DNA from: Eledone cirrhosa
Taxonomy: Eukaryota
Assembly (NCBI GenBank): GCA_964016885.1
Contig: OZ024741.1
Coordinates: 185,938,001 to 186,002,000 of the forward strand
Length of the DNA stretch: 64,000 nucleotides
Direction: 5' to 3'
Shown: one piece after another, positions 53,901 through 64,000 of the stretch
Position numbering within the stretch: the stretch's first letter is position 1
Layout: each line of letters opens with the position of its first letter
Translations under genes and position numbers: made by a program
The notes under the pieces: model-generated
Seen by the model: only the letters and a program-made list of their open reading frames with translations
Told to the model about the DNA's origin: nothing
The model's database searches: none

Positions 53901-56900
53901 AGGTATTGCCTTGTTGTTTGTTATTTTGTATTGGAGGTAATGTTATTGTTGTTTGTTATTTTATGTTGGAGGTAATGCTAGTGTTGTTTGTTATTTTATG
54001 TTGGAGGTAATGCTAGTGTTGTTTGTTATTTTATGTTGGAGGTAATGCTACTGTTGTTTATTTTTTATGTTGGAGGTAATGCTAGTGTTGTTTGTTAGTT
54101 TATGTTGGAGGCAATGCTAGTGTTGTTTGTTATTTTATGTTGGAGGTAGTGCCTTGTTGTTTGTTATTTTGTGTTGGAGGTAATGCTAGTGTTGTTTGTT
54201 ATTTTATGTTGGAGGTAATGCTAGTGATGTTTGTTATTTTATGCTGCAGGTAATGCTAGTGTTGTTTGTTATTTTATGTTGGAGGTAATGCTAGTGTTGT
54301 TTGTTATTTTATGTTGGCGGTAATGCTAGTGTTGTTTGTTATTTTATGTTGGAGGTAATGCTAGTGTTGTTTGTTATTTTGTTTTGGAGGTAATGTTAGT
54401 GTTGTTTGTTATTTTATGTTGGAGGTAATGCTAGTGTTGTTTGTTTTTTGTTTGTTTGAGGTAATGCTAGTGTTGTTTGTTATTTCGTGTTGTAGGTATT
54501 GCATTGTTGTTTGTTATTTTGTGTTGGAGGTAATGCTATGCTGTTTGTTATTTTGTGTTGGAGGCAATGCTAGTGTTGTTTGTTATTTTATGTTGGAGGT
54601 ATTGCCTTGTCTGTTATTTTATGTTGGAGGTAATGCTAGTGTTGTTTGTTATTTTGTGTTGGAGGTAATGTTAGTGTTGTTTGTTATTTTATGTTGGAGG
54701 TAATGCTAGTGTTGTTTGTTTTTTGTTTGTTGGAGGTATTGCCTTGTTGTTGTTATTTTGTGTTGGAGGTAATGCTAGTGTTGTTTGTTATTTTATGCTG
54801 GAGATATTGCCCTGTTGTCTGTTATTTTGTGTTGGAGATAATGTTAGTGGTGTTTCTTATTTTATGTTGGAGGTAATGCTAGTGTTGTTTGTTATTTTAT
54901 GTTGGAGGTAATGCTAGTGTTGTTTGTTATTTTATGTTGGAGGTAATGCTACTGTTGTTTATTTTTTATGTTGGAGGTAATGCTAGTGTTGTTTGTTATT
55001 TTATGTTGGAGGTAATGCTATGTTGTTTGTTATTTCATGTTGGAGGTAATGCTAGTGTTGTTTGTTATTTTATGTTGGAGGTAATGCTAGTGTTGTTCGT
55101 TATTTTATGTTGGAGGTAATGCTATGTTGTTTGGTATTTTATGTTGGAGGTAGTCCCTTGTTGCTTGTTATTTGGTGTTGGAGGTAATGTTAGTGTTGTT
55201 TGTTATTTTATGTTGGAGGTAATGCCAGTGTTGTTTGTTGTTTTTTGTTGTAGGTATTCCCTTGTTGTTTGTTATTTTATGTTGGAGGTAATGCTAGTGT
55301 TGTTTGTTATTTTATGTTGGAGGTAATGCTAGTTTTGTTTGTTATTTTATGTTGGAGGTAATGCTAGTGTTGTTTGTTATTTTATGTTGGAGGTAATGCT
55401 AGTGTTGTTTGTTATTTTATGTTGGAGGTATTGCCTTGTTGTTTGTTATTTTGTGTTGGAGGTAATGCTAGTGTTGTTTGTTATTTTGTGTTGGAGGTAT
55501 TGCCTTGTTGTTTGTTATTTTGTGTTGGAGGTAATGTTAGTGTTGTTTGTTATTTTATGTTGGAGGTATTGCCTTGTTGTTTGTTATTTTGTGTTGGAGG
55601 TAATGTTAGTGTTGTTTGTTATTTTGTGTTGGAGGTAATGCTAGTGTTGTTTGTTATTTTATTTGGGAGGTATTGCCTTGTTGTCTGTTATTTTATGTTG
55701 GAGGTAATGCTAGTGTTGTTTGTTATTTTGTGTTGGAGGTAATGTTAGTGTTGTTTGTTATTTTATGTTGGAGGTAATGCTACTGTTGTTTGTTTTTTGT
55801 TTGTTGGAGGTATTGCCTTGTTGTTTGTTATTTTGTGTTGGAGGTAATGCTAGTGTTGTTTGTTATTTTATGTTGGAGGTATTGCCTTGTTGTCTGTTAT
55901 TTTGTGTTGGAGGTAATGTTAGTGTTGTTTGTTATTTTATGTTGGAGGTAATGCTAGTGTTGTTTGTTATTTTATGTTGGAGGTAATGCTAGTGTTGTTT
56001 GTTAGTTTATGTTGGAGGTATTGCCTTGTTGTTTGTTATTTTGTTTTGGAGGTAATGCTAGTGTTGTTTGTTATTTTATGCTGGAGGTAATGCTAGTGTT
56101 GTTTGTTATTTTAAGTTGGAGGTAATGCTATATTGTTTGTTATTTCATGTTGGCGGTAATGTTAGTGTTGTTTGTTATTTTATGTTGGAGGTAATGCTAT
56201 GTTGTTTGTTATTTTACGTCGGAGGTATTCACTTGTTGTTTGTTATTTCGAGTTAGAGGTAATGTTAGTGTTGTTTGTTATTTTATGTTGGAGGTAATGC
56301 TAGTGTTGTTTGTTATTTTACGTTGGAGGTAATGCTAGTGTTGTTTGTTATTTTATGTTGGAGGTAATGCTAGTGTTGCTTGTTATTTTTTGTTGTAGGT
56401 ATTGGCTTGTTGTTTGTTATTTTGTGTTGTAGGTAATGCTAGTGTTGTTTGTTATTTTATGTTGGAGGTAATGCTAGTGTTGTTTGTTATTTTATGTTGG
56501 AGGTAATGCTAGTGTTGTTTGTTATTTTATGTTGGAGGTAATGCTAGTGTTGTTTGTTAATTTATGTTGGAGGTAATGCTAGTGTTGTTTGTTATTTTAT
56601 GTTGGAGGTAATGCTAGTGTTTTTTGTTATTTTGTGTTGGAGGTAATGTTAGTGTTGTTTGTTATTTTATTTTGGAGGTAATGCTAGTGTAGTTTGTTTT
56701 TTGTTTGTTGGAGGTAATGCTAGTGTTGTTTGTTATTTCGTGTTGTAGGTATTGCATTGTTGTTTGTTATCTTGTGTTGGAGGTAATGCTATGCTGTTTG
56801 TTATTTTGTGTTGGAGGCAATGCTAGTGTTGTTTGTTATTTTATGTTGGAGGTATTGCCTTGTTGTCTGTTATTTTATGTTGGAGGTAATGCTAGTGTTG

Positions 56901-59900
56901 ATTGTTATTTTGTGTTGGAGGTAATGTTAGTGTTGTTTGTTATTTTATGTTGGAGGTAATGCTAGTGTTGTTTGTTATTTGTTTGTTGGAGGTAATGCTA
57001 GTGTTGTTTGTTATTTCGTGTTGTAGGTATTGCATTGTTGTTTGTTATTTTGTGTTGGAGGTAATGCTATGTTGTTTGTTATTTTGTGTTGGAGGCAATG
57101 CTAGTGTTGTTTGTTATTTTATGTTGGAGGTATTGCCTTGTTGTCTGTTATTTTGTGTAGGAGGTAATGTTAGTGTTGTTTATTATTTTATGTTAGAGTT
57201 AATGCTAGTGTTGTTTGTTATTTTATGTTGGAGGTATTGCCTTGTTGTTTGTTATTTAGCGTTGGAGGTAATGCTAGTGTTGTTTGTTATTTTATGTTGG
57301 AGGCAATGTTAGTGTTGTTTGTTATTTTATGTTGGAGGTATTGCCTTGTTGTTTGTTATTTTGTATTGGAGGTAATGCTATTGTTGTTTGTTATTTTATG
57401 TTGGAGGTAATGCTAGTGTTGTTTGTTATTTTATGTTGGAGGTAATGCTAGTGTTGTTTGTTATTTTATGTTGGAGGTAATGCTACTGTTGTTTATGTTT
57501 TATGTTGGAGGTAATGCTAGTGTTGTTTGTTATTTTATGTTGGAGGCAATGCTAGTGTTGTTTGTTATTTTATGTTGGAGGTAGTGCCTTGTTGTTTGTT
57601 ATTTTGTGTTGGAGGTAATGCTAGTGTTGTTTGTTATTTTATGTTGGAGGTAATGCTAGTGTTGTTTGTTATTTTATGTTGGAGGTAATGCTAGTGTTGT
57701 TTGTTATTTTAAGTTGGAGGTAATACTATGTTGTTTGTTATTTTATGTTGGAGGTATTCCCTTGTTGTTTGCTATTTCGTGTTGGCGGTAATGTTAGTGT
57801 TGTTTGTTATTTTATGTTGGAGGTAATGCTATGTTGTTTGTTATTTTATGTTGGAGGTATTCCCTTGTTGTTTGTTATTTCGAGTTGGAGGTAATGTTAG
57901 TGTTGTTTGTTATGTTATGTTGGAGGTAATGCTAGTGTTGTTTGTTATTTTACGTTGGAGGTAATGCTAGTGTTGTTTGTTATTTTATGTTGGAGGTAAT
58001 GCTAGTGTTGTTTGTCATTTTATGTTGGAGGTAATGCTAGTGTTGTTTGTTATTTTATGTTGTAGGTAATGCTAGTGTTGTTTGTTATTTTATGTTGGAG
58101 GTAATGCTAGTGTTGTTTGTTATTTTATGTTGGAGGTAATGCTAGTGTTGTTTGTTATTTTATGTTGGGGGTAATGCTAGTGTTGTTTGTTAATTTATGT
58201 TGGAGGTAATGCTAGTGTTGTTTGTTATTTTATGTTGGAGGTAATGCTAGTGTTGTTTGTTATTTTGTGTTGGAGGTAATGTTAGTGTTGTTTGTTATTT
58301 TATTTTGGAGGTAATGCTAGTGTAGTTTGTTTTTTGTTTGTTGGAGGTAATGCTAGTGTTGTTTGTTATTTCGTGTTGTAGGTATTGCATTGTTGTTTGT
58401 TATTTTGTGTTGGAGGTAATGCTATGTTGTTTGTTATTTTGTGTTGGAGGCAATGCTAGTGTTGTTTGTTATTTTATGTTGGAGGTATTGCCTTGTTGTC
58501 TGTTATTCTGTGTAGGAGGTAATGTTAGTGTTGTTTGTTATTTTATGTTGGAGTTATTGCCTTGTTGTCTGTTATTTTATGTTGGAGGTAATGCTAGTGT
58601 TGATTGTTATTTTGTGTTGGAGGTAATGTTAGTGTTGTTTGTTATTTTATGTTGGAGGTAATGCTAGTGTTGTTTGTTATTTGTTTGTTGGAGGTAATGC
58701 TAGTGTTGTTTGTTATTTCGTGTTTTAGGTATTGCATTGTTGTTTGTTATTTTGTGTTGGAGGTAATGCTATGTTGTTTGTTATTTTGTGTTGGAGGCAA
58801 TGCTAGTGTTGTTTGTTATTTTATGTTGGAGGTATTGCCTTGTTGTCTGTTATTTTGTGTAGGAGGTAATGTTAGTGTTGTTTATTATTTTCTGTTAGAG
58901 GTAATGCTAGTGTTGTTTGTTATTTTATGTTGGGGGTATTGCCTTGTTGTTTGTTATTTAGTGTTGGAGGTAATGCTAGTGTTGTTTGTTATTTTATGTT
59001 GGAGGCAATGCTAGTGTTGTTTGTTATTTTATGTTGGAGGTATTGCCTTGTTGTTTGTTATTTTGTATTGGAGGTAATGTTATTGTTGTTTGTTATTTTA
59101 TGTTGGAGGTAATGCTAGTGTTGTTTGTTATTTTATGTTGGAGGTAATGCTACTGTTGTTTATTTTGTATGTTGGAGGTAATGCTAGTGTTGTTTGTTAT
59201 TTTATGTTGGAGGCAATGCTAGTGTTGTTTGTTATTTTATGTTGGAGGTAGTGCCTTGTTGTTTGTTATTTTGTGTTGGAGGTAATGCTAGTGTTGTTTG
59301 TTATTTTATGTTGGAGGTAGTGCCTTGTTGTTTGTTATTTTGTGTTGGAGGTAATGTTAGTGTCGTTTGTTATTTTGTGTTGTAGGTAATGCTAATGTTG
59401 TTTGTTATTTTATGTTGGAGGTAATGCTAGTGTTGTTTGTTATTTTATGTTGGAGGTAATGCTAGTGTTGTTTGTTATTTTATGTTTGAGGTAATGCTAG
59501 TGTTGTTTGTTATTTTATATTGGAGGTAATGCTACTGTTGTTTGTTTTTTATGTTGGAGGTATTCCCTTGTTGTTTGTTATTTCGAGTTGGAGGTAATGT
59601 TAGTGTTGTTTGTTATTTTGTGTTGTAGGTAATGCTAGTGTTGTTTGTTATTTTATGTTGGAGGTAATGCTAGTGTTGTATGTTATTTTATGTTGGAGGT
59701 AATGCTAGTGTTGTTTGTTATTTTATGTTGGAGGTAATGCTAGTGTTGTTTGTTAATTTATGTTGGAGGTAATGCTAGTGTTGTTTGTTATTTTATGTTG
59801 GAGGTAATGCTAGTGTTGTTTGTTATTTTGTGTTGGAGGTAATGTTAGTGTTGTTTGTTATTTTATTTTGGAGGTAATGCTAGTGTAGTTTGTTTTTTGT

Positions 59901-62900
59901 TTGTTGGAGGTAATGCTAGTGTTGTTTGTTATTTCGTGTTGTAGGTATTGCATTGTTGTTTGTTATTTTGTGTTGGAGGTAATGCTATGCTGTTTGTTAT
60001 TTTGTGTTGGAGGCAATGCTAGTGTTGTTTGTTATTTTATGTTGGAGGTATTGCCTTGTTGTCTGTTATTTTATGTTGGAGGTAATGCTAGTGTTGATTG
60101 TTATTTTGTGTTGGAGGTAATGTTAGTGTTGTTTGTTATTTTATGTTGGAGGTAATGCTAGTGTTGTTTGTTATTTGTTTGTTGGAGGTAATGCTAGTGT
60201 TGTTTGTTATTTCGTGTTTTAGGTATTGCATTGTTGTTTGTTATTTTGTGTTGGAGGTAATGCTATGTTGTTTGTTATTTTGTGTTGGAGGCAATGCTAG
60301 TGTTGTTTGTTATTTTATGTTGGAGGTATTGCCTTGTTGTCTGTTATTTTGTGTAGGAGGTAATGTTAGTGTTGTTTATTATTTTATGTTAGAGGTAATG
60401 CTAGTGTTGTTTGTTATTTTATGTTGGAGGTATTGCCTTGTTGTTTGTTATTTAGTGTTGGAGGTAATGCTAGTGTTGTTTGTTATTTTATGTTGCAGGC
60501 AATGCTAGTGTTGTTTGTTCTTTTATGTTGGAGGTATTGCCTTGTTGTTTGTTATTTTGTGTTGGAGGTAATGCTAGTGTTGTTTGTTATTTTATGTTGG
60601 AGGTAATGCTAGTCTTGTTTGTTATTTTATGTTGGAGGTAATGCTAGTGTTGTTTGTTATTTTATGTTGGAGGTAATGCTACTGTTGTTTGTTTTTTATG
60701 TTGGAGGTAATGCTAGTGTTGTTTGTTATTTTATGTTGGAGGTAATGCTAGTGTTGTTTGTTATTTTAAGTTGGAGGTAATACTATGTTGTTTGTTATTT
60801 TATGTTGGAGGTATTCCCTTGTTGTTTGCTATTTCGTGTTGGCGGTAATGTTAGTGTTGTTTGTTATTTTATGTTGGAGGTAATGCTATGTTGTTTGTTA
60901 TTTTATGTTGGAGGTATTCCCTTGTTGTTTGTTATTTCGAGTTGGAGGTAATGTTAGTGTTGTTTGTTATTTTATGTTGGAGGTAATGCTAGTGTTGTTT
61001 GTTATTTTACGTTGGAGGTAATGCTAGTGTTGTTTGTTATTTTATGTTGGAGGTAATGCTAGTGTTGTTTGTTATTTTATGTTGGAGGTAATGCTAGTGT
61101 TGTTTGTTATTTTATGTTTGAGGTAATGCTAGTGTTGTTTGTTATTTTATATTGGAGGTAATGCTACTGTTGTTTGTTTTTTATGTTGGAGGTAATGCTA
61201 GTGTTGTTTGTTATTTTATGTTGGAGGTATTGCCTTGTTTTTTGTTATTTTGTGTTGGAGGTAATGCTAGTGTTGTTTGTTATTTTATGTTGGAGGTAGT
61301 GCCTTGTTGTTTGTTATTTTAAGTTGGAGGTAATACTATGTTGTTTGTTATTTTATGTTGGAGGTATTCCCTTGTTGTTTGCTATTTCGTGTTGGCGGTA
61401 ATGTTAGTGTTGTTTGTTATTTTATGTTGGAGGTAATGCTATGTTGTTTGTTATTTTATGTTGGAGGTATTCCCTTGTTGTTTGTTATTTCGAGTTGGAG
61501 GTAATGTTAGTGTTGTTTGTTATTTTATGTTGGAGGTAATGCTAGTGTTGTTTGTTATTTTACGTTGGAGGTAATGCTAGTGTTGTTTGTTATTTTATGT
61601 TGGAGGTAATGCTATGTTGTTTGTTATTTTATGTTGGAGGTATTCCCTTGTTGTTTGTTATTTCGAGTTGGAGGTAATGTTAGTGTTGTTTGTTATTTTG
61701 TGTTGTAGGTAATGCTAGTGTTGTTTGTTATTTTATGTTGGAGGTAATGCTAGTGTTGTATGTTATTTTATGTTGGAGGTAATGCTAGTGTTGTTTGTTA
61801 TTTTATGTTGGAGGTAATGCTAGTGTTGTTTGTTAATTTATGTTGGAGGTAATGCTAGTGTTGTTTGTTATTTTATGTTGGAGGTAATGCTAGTGTTGTT
61901 TGTTATTTTGTGTTGGAGGTAATGTTAGTGTTGTTTGTTATTTTATTTTGGAGGTAATGCTAGTGTAGTTTGTTTTTTGTTTGTTGGAGGTAATGCTAGT
62001 GTTGTTTGTTATTTCGTGTTGTAGGTATTGCATTGTTGTTTGTTATTTTGTGTTGGAGGTAATGCTATGCTGTTTGTTATTTTGTGTTGGAGGCAATGCT
62101 AGTGTTGTTTGTTATTTTATGTTGGAGGTATTGCCTTGTTGTCTGTTATTTTATGTTGGAGGTAATGCTAGTGTTGATTGTTATTTTGTGTTGGAGGTAA
62201 TGTTAGTGTTGTTTGTTATTTTATGTTGGAGGTAATGCTAGTGTTGTTTGTTATTTGTTTGTTGGAGGTAATGCTAGTGTTGTTTGTTATTTCGTGTTTT
62301 AGGTATTGCATTGTTGTTTGTTATTTTGTGTTGGAGGTAATGCTATGTTGTTTGTTATTTTGTGTTGGAGGCAATGCTAGTGTTGTTTGTTATTTTATGT
62401 TGGAGGTATTGCCTTGTTGTCTGTTATTTTGTGTAGGAGGTAATGTTAGTGTTGTTTATTATTTTATGTTAGAGGTAATGCTAGTGTTGTTTGTTATTTT
62501 ATGTTGGAGGTATTGCCTTGTTGTTTGTTATTTAGTGTTGGAGGTAATGCTAGTGTTGTTTGTTATTTTATGTTGCAGGCAATGCTAGTGTTGTTTGTTC
62601 TTTTATGTTGGAGGTATTGCCTTGTTGTTTGTTATTTTGTGTTGGAGGTAATGCTAGTGTTGTTTGTTATTTTATGTTGGAGGTAATGCTAGTCTTGTTT
62701 GTTATTTTATGTTGGAGGTAATGCTAGTGTTGTTTGTTATTTTATGTTGGAGGTAATGCTACTGTTGTTTGTTTTTTATGTTGGAGGTAATGCTAGTGTT
62801 GTTTGTTATTTTATGTTGGAGGTAATGCTAGTGTTGTTTGTTATTTTAAGTTGGAGGTAATACTATGTTGTTTGTTATTTTATGTTGGAGGTATTCCCTT

Positions 62901-64000
62901 GTTGTTTGCTATTTCGTGTTGGCGGTAATGTTAGTGTTGTTTGTTATTTTATGTTGGAGGTAATGCTATGTTGTTTGTTATTTTATGTTGGAGGTATTCC
63001 CTTGTTGTTTGTTATTTCGAGTTGGAGGTAATGCTAGTGTTGTTTGTTATTTTATGTTGGAGGTATTGCCTTGTTGTTTGTTATTTTGTATTGGAGGTAA
63101 TGTTATTGTTGTTTGTTATTTTATGTTGGAGGTAATGCTAGTGTTGTTTGTTATTTTATGTTGGAGGTAATGCTACTGTTGTTTATTTTGTATGTTGGAG
63201 GTAATGCTAGTGTTGTTTGTTATTTTATGTTGGAGGCAATGCTAGTGTTGTTTGTTATTTTATGTTGGAGGTAGTGCCTTGTTGTTTGTTATTTTGTGTT
63301 GGAGGTAATGCTAGTGTTGTTTGTTATTTTATGTTGGAGGTAGTGCCTTGTTGTTTGTTATTTTGTGTTGGAGGTAATGTTAGTGTCGTTTGTTATTTTG
63401 TGTTGGCGGTAATGTTAGTGTTGTTTGTTATTTTAAGTTGGAGGTAATACTATGTTGTTTGTTATTTTATGTTGGAGGTATTCCCTTGTTGTTTGTTATT
63501 TCGAGTTGGAGGTAATGTTAGTGTTGTTTGTTATTTTATATTGGAGGTAATGCTACTGTTGTTTGTTTTTTATGTTGGAGGTAATGCTAGTGTTGTTTGT
63601 TATTTTATGTTGGAGGTATTGCCTTGTTTTTTGTTATTTTGTGTTGGAGGTAATGCTAGTGTTGTTTGTTATTTTATGTTGGAGGTAGTGCCTTGTTGTT
63701 TGTTATTTTAAGTTGGAGGTAATACTATGTTGTTTGTTATTTTATGTTGGAGGTATTCCCTTGTTGTTTGCTATTTCGTGTTGGCGGTAATGTTAGTGTT
63801 GTTTGTTATTTTATGTTGGAGGTAATGCTATGTTGTTTGTTATTTTATGTTGGAGGTATTCCCTTGTTGTTTGTTATTTCGAGTTGGAGGTAATGTTAGT
63901 GTTGTTTGTTATTTTATGTTGGAGGTAATGCTAGTGTTGTTTGTTATTTTACGTTGGAGGTAATGCTAGTGTTGTTTGTTATTTTATGTTGGAGGTAATG
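32940..64000. repeat. 34/35-bp satellite array, ~31 kb (~900 monomers), running off the window end
   Basis: Consensus GGAGGTAATGCTAGTGTTGTTTGTTATTTT(A/G)TGTT; 34-bp variants GCTATG/GCCTTG/CCCTTG; single orientation throughout. Confidence 0.98.
33130..40200. repeat. 2,357-bp higher-order repeat, three copies (~68 monomers each)
   Basis: Identical variant patterns recur at 33454/35811/38168, 33668/36025/38382 and 35429/37786. Confidence 0.92.

Noticed and set aside
33116-63711. Dozens of hydrophobic Cys/Val/Leu ORFs
   Set aside because: They are translations of the satellite through rotating frames.
32940-64000. CRISPR array (35-bp repeat length)
   Set aside because: Monomers abut with no unique spacers, there are no cas genes, and the context is eukaryotic.

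Overview
Repeat-dominated, AT-rich animal genomic DNA with no recognisable host gene. The SINEs and dense (TA)n/(CA)n/(TACA)n microsatellites suggest a cephalopod/octopus-like genome (inference). Bases 1-32,900 are a patchwork of retroelements, most inserted into microsatellites. They include a 5'-truncated Penelope-like element (PLE) with an open GIY-YIG endonuclease frame and inverted pseudo-LTRs, three intact minimal type-I hammerhead ribozymes plus several decayed ones, four copies of a ~610-bp non-autonomous RTE-derived element, an RTE LINE 3' end, tRNA-derived SINEs with TSDs, a decayed CRE-like RT and compound trinucleotide arrays. Three RTE-family insertions show 5' inversions of the twin-priming type. 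Bases ~32,940-64,000 are one strand-asymmetric 34/35-bp satellite with layered higher-order repeats (2,357-bp HOR, three copies). Almost all ORFs in the track are repeat artefacts.
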